A stretch of 64,000 nucleotides of DNA from Anaerolineales bacterium (GTDB lineage: Bacteria > Chloroflexota > Anaerolineae > Anaerolineales > UBA11579). Shown here in pieces: positions 49,560-57,890 of this stretch. Below the pieces are notes generated by a model that was not told the DNA's origin, made no database searches, and was given only the letters and a program-made list of their open reading frames with translations. A program made the translations under genes and the position numbers. The stretch spans positions 3,173 to 67,172 of the forward strand of contig JANJTX010000151.1 in the NCBI GenBank assembly GCA_024710875.1, given 5' to 3'. Position 1 is the first letter of the stretch. Every line of letters starts with the position of its first letter.

Positions 49560-49983
49560 TAGTGGATATTTCAGGTTCGTCGCTGGCGGCCGGGTGACCT
49601 TCGGCCTCCCAGCTGGCTAACGCCTGTTCAAAGGCGGCCCGCGCCTCGGCCGGGCTGAAATTCAAACGATCGGCCTCGACCGCATAAATTTGTGCCAGCC
49701 GCGTCAGACTGCGCTGGCGCAGGCGGGCGGTCTCTTCTACTGAAACGGGCTCCAGGATAAATGTGCCGCGCCCATGCTGGGTGGAGATGATGCCTTCTTC
49801 ATCCATCAGGCGGTAGGCGCGTGCCACAGTGTTGAAATTCACCCGCAGGTCGGCGGCCAGTTGGCGCACGGTCGGCAGTTGGTGGCCGGGCTGCAACTCC
49901 CCGGTGGCGATGGCATGCTTGATCTGGTCCATCAACTGGATGTAAATGGGGACGTGGGTGGTGAAGTCAATGTCAAAGTTCAT
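49549..49983 (-). CDS. GntR family transcriptional regulator, short YtrA-like subtype
   Basis: The winged HTH reads IYIQLMDQIKHAIATGELQPGHQLPTVRQLAADLRVNFNTVARAYRLMDEEGII. The C-terminal domain is short (144 aa total). The start is set at MNFDIDF, because the track ORF extension is low-complexity. Confidence 0.85.
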   Translation of the reverse strand: MNFDIDFTTHVPIYIQLMDQIKHAIATGELQPGHQLPTVRQLAADLRVNFNTVARAYRLMDEEGIISTQHGRGTFILEPVSVEETARLRQRSLTRLAQIYAVEADRLNFSPAEARAAFEQALASWEAEGHPAASDEPEISTNGE

Positions 49984-50134
49984 CTGTTTCGTCCTGTTTG
50001 TATCATTGTTTGTTTGTATGATTGTATATTTGTTGGATTGTTTTGTCAAGCGCGCTCCCGGGCCTGGATTCGGGCCGTACGGGCGGGTAAAATCGGGTAT
50101 CCTATAGCGGCTGTATCTATCCCCTTTCAAGGAC

Positions 50135-50800
50135 TTGTGTGTGACTGACCCCTGGCATTCTTACAATGAATTTATGCTCACCGGTGAGGCTGAACGCTTC
50201 ACCAAGCTCTTTGCCCGCTACGAACTCTTCAAGCAGGTGCTGGAGCTGCCCGGCGACATCGTCGAGTGCGGCGTATTGAAAGGCACCGGCCTGTTCCTGT
50301 GGGCGCGACTGCTCGAAATCTACTCGCCGCGCTCCAAGCGCAAAGTGGTGGGGTTTGATACCTTTGCCGGCTACCCCGCCGATACCAGTCTGGAGGTGGA
50401 CCGCCAGACCGGGCAGGAATACAAACGCCAGCAAATTCAGGATCCGGCCGATGTCAGCCGCGAGCGGTTGCTGCAAACCGCCGAATCGCTCGGCCTCTCG
50501 CACCGCATTGAACTGATTCCCGGCAACGCCACCCAGACCATCCCGCAGTATGTGGCCAGCCAGCCCGGCTTCCGCATCGCCCTGCTGGACCTGGACTTTG
50601 TGCTCTACGACCCCACCAAAACCGCCCTCGAAACCTTCTACCCGCTGGTGGTGCCGCACGGCATCATCGTCTTTGATGAGTATGCCGTCTCCGGCATGGG
50701 CGAATCAGACGCGGTGGATGAGTACTTCAAGGACAAGTCGGTGGTCTTCAACCAGTTCACCTGGGCCGCCAGCCCGACCGCCTACTGCGTGAAACCATGA
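50135..50800 (+). CDS. TylF/MycF-like SAM-dependent O-methyltransferase
   Basis: GDIVECGVLKGTGLFLWA, GFDTFAGYP, and LLDLDFVLYDPTKTALETFYPLVVPHGIIVFDEY resemble the macrocin-O-methyltransferase family. The start codon is uncertain: TTG at 50135, GTG at 50141 and ATG at 50174 are all possible. Confidence 0.7.
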   Translation: MCVTDPWHSYNEFMLTGEAERFTKLFARYELFKQVLELPGDIVECGVLKGTGLFLWARLLEIYSPRSKRKVVGFDTFAGYPADTSLEVDRQTGQEYKRQQIQDPADVSRERLLQTAESLGLSHRIELIPGNATQTIPQYVASQPGFRIALLDLDFVLYDPTKTALETFYPLVVPHGIIVFDEYAVSGMGESDAVDEYFKDKSVVFNQFTWAASPTAYCVKP

Positions 50801-51723
50801 TCGATCAGGAAGCCAAACTCAAGCGCATCGCCGCTCTGGGCTTTGACTATGAGGCCCAGCCCAAAGAGCACCAGACCGCCTGTAACCTGTGCGGCGAAAC
50901 CCGCCTGGTGGTCATTACGCACCAAGACCGCTACGGCTACCCAGCACCCGCCAATACCTGCTGGCGCTGTGGCCTGACCTTCATTAACCCGCGCATGACC
51001 GCCAGCGCTTACGAAGCGTTCTATGGCGGCACGTACCGCCCGCTGGTCAGCGCCTACCACGGCCGCGACATCAACGCTCAATCGATTCAGGCCGAGCAAC
51101 TCACCTACACCATCGAGCGCGAGGCCTTCCTCACGCCGTTTCTGGCCGGGCGGGCGGTCCGTACCATGCTGGATATCGGCGGCTCGACCGGCGTGGTGGC
51201 CGAGCGCTTAGCCCAAACCTACAACCTGACTGCCACCGTGCTGGACCCCTCGCCGGATGAACTGGAAGAAGCCCGCCGCCGCGGCCTGGAGACCATCACC
51301 GGCCTGGTGGAAGATGCCGACTTCGGCCAGCAGCAGTTTGACTTCGTCATCCTGTGCCAGACGATTGACCACCTGCTGGATATTCGCGGCACGTTGGCGA
51401 AAATCCGCCAGTTGCTGGCCCCCGAAGGCCTGTTCTTTGTGGACATCGTCGATTTCCGGGCCGCCTATCTGCGGCACTGGCGCATCAATGAAGCCCTCAA
51501 AATCGACCATCCCTATTACCTCACCCAGGCGACCGCCGAGGCCTACCTGGCCCGCGCCGGCTTTGACATCCTCGGCAAGGCCTACGCCGCCGACCATCTG
51601 CACATCTCCTACCTGTGCGCCGCCGGCACGCCGGACCCGGCCGCCCTGCCCAGCCCGGAGAGTGTGAACGAGCAACTGCACGAAATCCGCACCGTCCAGA
51701 ACACCGGCCACCGGTGGGCGTAA
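50797..51723 (+). CDS. Class I SAM-dependent methyltransferase with N-terminal Cys4 zinc ribbon
   Basis: CNLCGE...CWRCG is the zinc ribbon. SAM motif I reads MLDIGGSTGVVAERL, and an acidic loop VLDPS follows. It overlaps the upstream gene by 4 nt. Confidence 0.8.
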   Translation: MIDQEAKLKRIAALGFDYEAQPKEHQTACNLCGETRLVVITHQDRYGYPAPANTCWRCGLTFINPRMTASAYEAFYGGTYRPLVSAYHGRDINAQSIQAEQLTYTIEREAFLTPFLAGRAVRTMLDIGGSTGVVAERLAQTYNLTATVLDPSPDELEEARRRGLETITGLVEDADFGQQQFDFVILCQTIDHLLDIRGTLAKIRQLLAPEGLFFVDIVDFRAAYLRHWRINEALKIDHPYYLTQATAEAYLARAGFDILGKAYAADHLHISYLCAAGTPDPAALPSPESVNEQLHEIRTVQNTGHRWA

Positions 51724-51724
51724 G

Positions 51725-51774
51725 TAGTTGGCCGCAAGTTGTTAGCATTTGAAATGCACTCGAACGGCCAACTA
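51725..51774. other. 10-bp-stem hairpin in an AT-richer 138-bp spacer inside the plus-strand glycan cluster
   Basis: TAGTTGGCCG ... CGGCCAACTA has perfect arms and a 30-nt loop. The loop itself contains GCATTTGAAATGC. There is no U-run. Confidence 0.4.
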
Positions 51775-51861
51775 TTAAAAGTAGTCATTGGGAATCTATG
51801 AGTGCAAACATGCTGAAATTTGAGGACAACATGCCTAAAGACTTTCGGTGGACTACTTAGC

Positions 51862-52560
51862 ATGACCGCGGTGTTGGGGCTCATCCCGGCCCGCGGTGGC
51901 TCCAAGGGCATCCCGGGCAAGAACATCCGCCCGCTGGCGGGCAAACCCCTGCTGGCCTACACCGCCGAAGCAGCCCGCGCCAGCGGCGTGCTTGACCGCC
52001 TGATTCTCTCTACGGATGCCGAAGACATTGCCGCGGTGGGCCGCTCCGCCGGGCTGGAGGTGCCGTTCATACGCCCGCCCGAACTGGCCGCCGATGACAC
52101 CCCGATGCTGGCCGTCATCCAACATGCGCTGGCATACCTCGCCACTGAAGGCTACACCCCGGAGATCATTGTGCTGCTCCAACCGACTTCGCCGCTGCGC
52201 ACCCCGCAACACATCCGCACCGCGGTGGCCGAACTGCAATCCCGCGACGTAGATAGCGTGGCGAGCGTGGTGGCGGTACCGGCGGTGTATTCGCCGTATT
52301 ATGTAATGAAGATAGAAGATGACCGCCTGTTGAATTTTCTACCGGGCGGCCAGCAATACACCCGCCGCCAGGACGCCCCGCCGGCCTACTGCCGGGATGG
52401 CACGGTCTATGCCTTCTGGCGCAAGACTCTGGAAGAAAAAGGCAGTATTTACGGCGATAGCTGCTGGCCGCTGATTCTTGCGGAAGATGAATCCATCACG
52501 GTGGATACCCTTGCGGACTGGCAAAAGGCCGAGGATCGGCTCGCCCGTTTTTCTGGCTGA
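51862..52560 (+). CDS. CMP-sugar cytidylyltransferase (NeuA family), paralog 3
   Basis: The canonical N-terminus reads IPARGGSKGIPGKNIRPLAGKPLLAYT, with a later LQPTSPLR motif. Confidence 0.85.
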   Translation: MTAVLGLIPARGGSKGIPGKNIRPLAGKPLLAYTAEAARASGVLDRLILSTDAEDIAAVGRSAGLEVPFIRPPELAADDTPMLAVIQHALAYLATEGYTPEIIVLLQPTSPLRTPQHIRTAVAELQSRDVDSVASVVAVPAVYSPYYVMKIEDDRLLNFLPGGQQYTRRQDAPPAYCRDGTVYAFWRKTLEEKGSIYGDSCWPLILAEDESITVDTLADWQKAEDRLARFSG

Positions 52561-52569
52561 TTTGACCCG

Positions 52570-53871
52570 ATGAAAAAACCATTGCGATTCGGTTTTCTGG
52601 TTTATCGCACTCCAGTCTTGAAGACGATGGGAGTTTTGATAGATGCTTGTCTGAATCAGGGACTGGACGTGTACATTTTCTATTCTGGCGAAACATCAGA
52701 TCCCGGCAAGAGCTACCAAAACGCAACCCCGGCAAATATTCCCCGCTTTCCAGATCGCCAACCCCAGTATGTGGCTTGCCAGCCGCATGAAATCAGTCTG
52801 CTGGCGGCTGAATATCGCCTCGACGCATTCATCACCCATGAGGGCTATCACACCCTGCAGGGCTTCGGCCAGTTGGAGAGCGTTCGCACCCTGCGCCAGC
52901 AAGGCACGGCTGTCTTTTCGCTGACCCATTTCTTTGAGGTCTCGCGCCTGCCGCTGGAAGCCCTCGACCACTTTGACCTGACCTTCTTCATGAGCGAGTT
53001 TGGCATCGAGCTGATGTTTGACCTCAACGCCGCCACCCCAGCCGAGCGCGCCCACTACCGGCCGCGCATGGCCACCGCCGGTTCGCCAACCTTTGACCAG
53101 CTCGCGGGGTTGGATCAGACCGCCGCCCGCGCTCACTTCGGCCTGCCGCCCGACCGGCCAGTGGTGGTGCTGGCCGCCCCGGTGCTCTCGCCCGTGACCC
53201 TGTGGCGCTGGGTGGTGTGGCGCGAACCCGCCCTGCGCACCCGCCTGAAACGCGCTCTCAGCGCCCGCCGGCTGGACTTCCTGCCCCAGATTTTCAGCGG
53301 CCCGTCGTTTGAACGCTGTGTGGCGGCCGTGCGCGCCTTCTGCGACCGCCACAACGCCGTGCTGGTGGTCAAGTCGCGCCTCAAGCAAGACGACCCGCCC
53401 TACCTGATTGCCGCCGCCGACCATTATCTGGACGGCGCCGATGAAGAATATTATCCGCTTTTCACCATGTACCGCCTGCTGGCCGCCGCTGACCTGGTGG
53501 TGAGCGCCCAGAGCATGTCTTTGGTGGAGGCGGTGGCCGCCAACGTCCCGGCCGTCAATATCCATGTGCCTTTCCGCGAAATCGATGAACCCAGCCGCAG
53601 CACCTATGCCCGCTACCTGGAAGTGCTGCTCGGCAGCGCCCCGGACAGCCTGATGAACACCCCCGGTTGCATGTGGAGCCAGCCGTGGCAATCCTTCCCG
53701 CGCTGGCTGAACGGCAAAACGCTGGCCGACTTCCGGCTCGATTCAACCCGGGCCGATGAATACCGCCAGCACTATCTGGGCATGGAAGCCACCCCCAGCA
53801 GCCAGCGCATACTGGACACCATTCGCGACTACCTCAACACCCCTGTGGAGGCCCGCCATGCGCATGTCTGA
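52570..53871 (+). CDS. Hypothetical 433-aa protein, possible GT-B-like / capsule-type transferase
   Basis: I recognise no signature motif. The two-lobed alpha/beta-like pattern (FGFLVYR...VYIFYS; VVVLAAP...VLVVKSR...AADLVVSAQSMSLVEAVAANVPAVNI) is reminiscent of GT-B enzymes such as KpsS- or TagF-type transferases. This is inference only. Confidence 0.35.
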   Translation: MKKPLRFGFLVYRTPVLKTMGVLIDACLNQGLDVYIFYSGETSDPGKSYQNATPANIPRFPDRQPQYVACQPHEISLLAAEYRLDAFITHEGYHTLQGFGQLESVRTLRQQGTAVFSLTHFFEVSRLPLEALDHFDLTFFMSEFGIELMFDLNAATPAERAHYRPRMATAGSPTFDQLAGLDQTAARAHFGLPPDRPVVVLAAPVLSPVTLWRWVVWREPALRTRLKRALSARRLDFLPQIFSGPSFERCVAAVRAFCDRHNAVLVVKSRLKQDDPPYLIAAADHYLDGADEEYYPLFTMYRLLAAADLVVSAQSMSLVEAVAANVPAVNIHVPFREIDEPSRSTYARYLEVLLGSAPDSLMNTPGCMWSQPWQSFPRWLNGKTLADFRLDSTRADEYRQHYLGMEATPSSQRILDTIRDYLNTPVEARHAHV

Positions 53872-54760
53872 ACTCGGTTCCAGTCCGGCCGACCGCCGCC
53901 GGCGCTGGCGCAGTTGGCTAACCGCGCAACGACTGTGGGACGAGGACTTTGCCCCGGTTTTCATTTGCGGCGCCTCCGGCAGCGGCACGACCCTCATCGC
54001 CAGTCTGCTGAATCAGAACTATGAAGTCGGTCTGTACCTGAACGAAAGCGTGCGCATGCTGAACACCGGCCGCGACCTGTGGATGGACAAAGCCGATGAA
54101 TACCCGGATGTAAACGCCTATTACAACGCTCTCTTCATTCCCGCTCACCGCCCCCCGGCCGCCATCCGCCGCCAGTTGCTGCGGCTGTACCGCCGCGAAA
54201 TCATCTATCCCAAAACCAGCCCGGTAGTGATTGATAAAGGCCCAAACGCCCATCTGGTGCGTTTTGAATGGCTGCGCTCGGCTTTTCCAGCTGCCCGCTT
54301 TGTGTTCCTCTTCCGCCAGCCGGTCGAATCGGTTGAAGGTCTGCGCCGTAAGTGGAAGCAGGTGTTTGGCGGCTCACCCCTTACCGACCTGTGCGATTTC
54401 TGGCTTAATATGCATGAACGCTTTCTGGAAGATTCAGCCGACTACCGCGGGCAGGTCTACCCGCTGGCCTACGACACGCTGGTCGCCGACCCGCCCGCCA
54501 GCCTGGCCCGGGTGGCGGCCTTTGCCAGGCTCACGACCCGTCCCACCCCCCTGCCGCTGCCAGACCGCCCGGCCAAACCCGGCAAGGGCCTGCGCAATGT
54601 GGTGGATGGCAAAATTGTGGTGATGCCCGCTGCCCACCAGCGAGTGGACTCCAGCCTGACGCCTGAAGAAGAACTCCTGGTAGCCGAACGCCTGCTGCCG
54701 GCCTACACGCGTTACAAGCAAATCGAAGCCGCCTTTCTGGCCGGCCAGCCCCAGCCATGA
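53858..54760 (+). CDS. Sulfotransferase family protein
   Basis: Three sulfotransferase-like elements are present: a 5'-PSB loop FICGASGSGTTLIASLL, a 3'-PB-like FLFRQPVESVEGL, and a C-terminal LAYDTLVADPPASLARVAAFARL. The start is set at the ATG at 53858, overlapping the upstream gene by 14 nt. Confidence 0.75.
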   Translation: MRMSELGSSPADRRRRWRSWLTAQRLWDEDFAPVFICGASGSGTTLIASLLNQNYEVGLYLNESVRMLNTGRDLWMDKADEYPDVNAYYNALFIPAHRPPAAIRRQLLRLYRREIIYPKTSPVVIDKGPNAHLVRFEWLRSAFPAARFVFLFRQPVESVEGLRRKWKQVFGGSPLTDLCDFWLNMHERFLEDSADYRGQVYPLAYDTLVADPPASLARVAAFARLTTRPTPLPLPDRPAKPGKGLRNVVDGKIVVMPAAHQRVDSSLTPEEELLVAERLLPAYTRYKQIEAAFLAGQPQP

Positions 54761-55848
54761 GCCGCAAACCGCGCATCGCCTTTCTGCTGCAAATGTTCGG
54801 CGTGGGCGGCATGCCACAATGGCTGTACCGCCTGGCCGCCAGTCTGCGCGACGAGTTCGATTTCTACTTCATCGCCACCCACTCGGATTACATCCTGCCC
54901 GAATACCGGGCCGTCGCCCACACCGCCCACCTGCCCCCCAGCAAGTGGCGGCTGGCCGCCTGGCTGGCGCGCCACCAGATTGACCTGGTGCAGTTCGCCA
55001 ATCTGCGCCTGTATGCAGATGCCGCCCGGCTGGCGGGTGTCCCGGCGATTGTGGAGCGCACCGATGGCCTGCGCAACGGGGCCGCCCTCGGCCCAAAACA
55101 CGGTTTGGCAGCGGTGGTCGCCAGCACGCAGGGCACCATCCCGCACATTGCGCGCCTGATTGACCGCCAGAAAATCCACCTGATTTACAATGGCATTGAC
55201 CACGCCCATTACCAACAGGCCACCCCGGAGCGCTTTGGCTTTGCTCCCGAGGATGTGCTGATTGGCCGGACATCACGGCTGGCGGGCGGCAAGAACATCT
55301 CGCTGCTCATTCAGGCGGTACTGCGCCTGCGGGCCGAGCCGCGCCACGAGCACGTGCGGCTGGTCATCTGTGGCGGAGATAACACCGAACGCGGCGCACC
55401 GCCAATGCTGGCCGCCCTGCAGGCCGAGGCCGCCCCGCTGGGCGCGAGCGTGGTCTTCACCGGCGAAGTCGCCGACCCGGCCGCCATCACCGCCGGCTAT
55501 GACATCGCCACCTGCACCTCGCGCCCGGAAAACGAAGGCATCCCGAATTCGCTGCTGGAAGGCATGGCGGCCGGCAAGCCGCTGGTCGCCACCGCCGTGG
55601 GCGACATCCCCGAAATCCTCACCGAAGGCGATAACGGCCTGCTGGTACCCAGCGATGATTTGCCGGCTCTGACCGAAGCCCTGGCGCGCCTCATCGCCGA
55701 CCCGGCCCTGCGCCAGCAGATGGGCGCCGCCGGGCAGGCTCGCATTGCCCGTGACTTTGACCTCGCAGCCCAGGCCGAAAAATACGCTGCCCTCTACCGC
55801 CAGTTGCTGGCCGAACACGGCCGCTGGCCGCGCCGCGCCTGGCGCTAA
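54757..55848 (+). CDS. Glycosyltransferase family 4 (GT-B, group 1)
   Basis: The C-terminal E-x7-E-type region reads SRPENEGIPNSLLEGMAAGKPLVAT, followed by GLLVP. It overlaps the sulfotransferase gene by 4 nt. Confidence 0.85.
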   Translation: MSRKPRIAFLLQMFGVGGMPQWLYRLAASLRDEFDFYFIATHSDYILPEYRAVAHTAHLPPSKWRLAAWLARHQIDLVQFANLRLYADAARLAGVPAIVERTDGLRNGAALGPKHGLAAVVASTQGTIPHIARLIDRQKIHLIYNGIDHAHYQQATPERFGFAPEDVLIGRTSRLAGGKNISLLIQAVLRLRAEPRHEHVRLVICGGDNTERGAPPMLAALQAEAAPLGASVVFTGEVADPAAITAGYDIATCTSRPENEGIPNSLLEGMAAGKPLVATAVGDIPEILTEGDNGLLVPSDDLPALTEALARLIADPALRQQMGAAGQARIARDFDLAAQAEKYAALYRQLLAEHGRWPRRAWR

Positions 55849-55855
55849 CCCTCCC

Positions 55856-56452
55856 ATGCCGCCCCTCCCGCGCCGCTTTTACAACCGCCCCACGCTGGAA
55901 GTCGCCCGCGATCTGCTGGGGACGCGGCTGGTGCGCATCGAGAACGGCCAGCGCATCAGCGGCCTCATCCTTGAAACCGAAGCCTACTGCGGCGAAACCG
56001 ACCTCGGCTGCCACGCCAAAGCCGGCCTCACGAATCGCACCGCCCCGCTCTACGGCCCACCGGGCCACGCCTATGTGTATTTCACGTACGGCCATCACTG
56101 GCTGTTCAATGTGGTCACCCGCCCCGCCGGTGAGCCGGAAGCGGTTCTGGTTCGGGCGATCCTGCCGCTGGAAGGAATCGATGTCATCGAACAGCGGCGC
56201 GGCCAGCAACCGCGCCAACGCTGGACCGACGGCCCCGGCAAACTGGCCCAGGCCCTCGGCATCGATGGCCGCTTGAACACCCACAACCTCACCGCCCTGG
56301 ATGCCGAAGTCTTCATCGAACGCGCCCGCCCGCTGCCGGATGCTTTCGTAACCACCACGCCCCGCATCGGGTTATATACTGTGCCGGAGCCGTGGAAGAG
56401 CACCCCCTGGCGCTTTCTGGCGACCCTGCCGGAAAACTTCACAGTAGAATAA
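55856..56452 (+). CDS. mpg: DNA-3-methyladenine glycosylase (Mpg/AAG family)
   Basis: The protein reads FYNRPTLEVARDLLGTRLV, ETEAY, and AHAYVYFTYGHHWLFNVV. Confidence 0.9.
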   Translation: MPPLPRRFYNRPTLEVARDLLGTRLVRIENGQRISGLILETEAYCGETDLGCHAKAGLTNRTAPLYGPPGHAYVYFTYGHHWLFNVVTRPAGEPEAVLVRAILPLEGIDVIEQRRGQQPRQRWTDGPGKLAQALGIDGRLNTHNLTALDAEVFIERARPLPDAFVTTTPRIGLYTVPEPWKSTPWRFLATLPENFTVE

Positions 56453-56494
56453 GCCCGCACAATCGCAAGTCAGACCGACCCACAAGGAGCACGT

Positions 56495-57295
56495 ATGAAA
56501 CTCTTGGAAGGAAAAAACGCCCTCGTTTTTGGCGTGGCCAATAACCGCTCGATTGCCTGGGGCATCACCCAGGCCTTTCACCAACACGGCGCAAAGGTCG
56601 GCATTTCCTATGCCGGCGAGATGATGGAAAAACGCGCCCGCCCGCTGGGCGAATCGCTCGGGCTGGACTTCATCGAGCCCTGCGATGTCTCCAGCGATGC
56701 CGAGATTGAGGCGGTGGCCGCCAAAGCCAAAGCCCATTTCGGCCAGATTGACATCCTCGTGCATGCCATCGCCTTTGCCCCGCGCGAAGAACTAACCGGC
56801 GCCTTTTACACCACCAGCCGGGCCGGCTTCGCCACTGCTCTCGACATCAGCGTGTATTCTTTTATTGCGCTGGCGCGCGCCTTCCAGCCCCTGCTGCGGT
56901 CGGGCGGTTCCATGATGACGCTCTCGTACTACGCCGCCGAAAAGGTCGTACCGAATTACAACGTAATGGCGATTGCCAAGGCCGCCCTCGAGAACACCAC
57001 CCGCTACCTGGCGCGCGACTTTGGCCCGCAGGGTGTGCGCGTCAACGCCATTTCGGCCGGCCCCATCCGTACCCTGGCCGCCGCCGGCGTGGGCGGCTTC
57101 CGCGACCTCTACAAACGCTTTGCCGAGGTCTCGCCCATGCGTCAGGAAATCACGATTGAGGATGTCGGCGGCACGGCGGTGTACCTCGCCTCCGATCTCT
57201 CGGCCAAGACGACTGGCGAAATCATCTTTGTGGATGGCGGCTTCAACATCGTCGCCATTGCGGATGACATCGTTAGCGACGACAGCGCCGAATAA
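56495..57295 (+). CDS. fabI: Enoyl-[acyl-carrier-protein] reductase (NADH)
   Basis: The GVANNRSIAWGI motif and the Y-x6-K catalytic pair (YNVMAIAKAALE) are present in a 266-aa protein. Confidence 0.92.
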   Translation: MKLLEGKNALVFGVANNRSIAWGITQAFHQHGAKVGISYAGEMMEKRARPLGESLGLDFIEPCDVSSDAEIEAVAAKAKAHFGQIDILVHAIAFAPREELTGAFYTTSRAGFATALDISVYSFIALARAFQPLLRSGGSMMTLSYYAAEKVVPNYNVMAIAKAALENTTRYLARDFGPQGVRVNAISAGPIRTLAAAGVGGFRDLYKRFAEVSPMRQEITIEDVGGTAVYLASDLSAKTTGEIIFVDGGFNIVAIADDIVSDDSAE

Positions 57296-57313
57296 GACGA
57301 CCGAATGAATGCG

Positions 57314-57347
57314 CCGGGGCATGGCCAACGGTCATGCCCCGGTTTCT
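57314..57347 (+). terminator. Rho-independent terminator after fabI
   Basis: The CCGGGGCATG/CATGCCCCGG 10-bp stem is followed by TTTCT. Confidence 0.75.
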
Positions 57348-57383
57348 GTACTAGAATAGGGGGAATCGGAATGAGGAACTCGC

Positions 57384-57839
57384 ATGTTTCGTAAACGCAC
57401 AGACGCACAAACAACTACCGCCGCCCCGGCCAGCACGCCGGAACGCATCACCTCTGTACTGGGCGATGGCGTGGTCTTCCTCGGCAAAATCAGCGGGCGC
57501 GGCGGCGTGCGCATTGAAGGCGCGTTTGAAGGCGAAATCGCCCTCAACGGCACGCTGGTGGTTGGCACCACCGGGCGCGTGACCTGCCCGCATTTGCAGG
57601 CCCAGACCGTCATTGTGGCGGGTGCCCTGCGCGGCGACATCACCGCCGAGAAGGTCGAAATCCGCAGCACCGGCCGGGTGTGGGGTAACGTGACCACCGT
57701 GGCCTTCTCCACCGAAGAAGGCGCGTTCTTGCGCGGCCAAATTCAAATGGAAGAACAGGTAGAGCTGGACCTGCCTGAAACCGGAGATGCCAGCGTAGAA
57801 GCCCCGCCTCCGTTGAATGAAACCACTCCCTCTGCATAA
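57384..57839 (+). CDS. Bactofilin family cytoskeletal protein
   Basis: The beta-helical repeat pattern reads GKISGRGGVRIEGAFEGEIALNGTLVVGTTGRVTCPHLQAQTVIVAGALRGDITAEKVEIRSTGRVWGNV. Confidence 0.85.
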   Translation: MFRKRTDAQTTTAAPASTPERITSVLGDGVVFLGKISGRGGVRIEGAFEGEIALNGTLVVGTTGRVTCPHLQAQTVIVAGALRGDITAEKVEIRSTGRVWGNVTTVAFSTEEGAFLRGQIQMEEQVELDLPETGDASVEAPPPLNETTPSA

Positions 57840-57877
57840 AAAGAAGGCCTGCTTTCCAGCAGGCCTTCTTTTTTTCA
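57838..57877. terminator. Bidirectional rho-independent terminator
   Basis: The AAGAAGGCCTGC/GCAGGCCTTCTT 12-bp stem is flanked by an A-run and a T-run. It lies between convergent genes. Confidence 0.85.
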
Positions 57878-57890
57878 TCGGATTGTGCGA

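Noticed and set aside
49984-50130. N-terminal 49-codon extension of the GntR ORF
   Set aside because: It translates the T/G-rich repeat tract (KQSNKYTIIQTNNDTNRTKQ). GntR winged-helix domains start near the N-terminus, which fits the Met at 49983.
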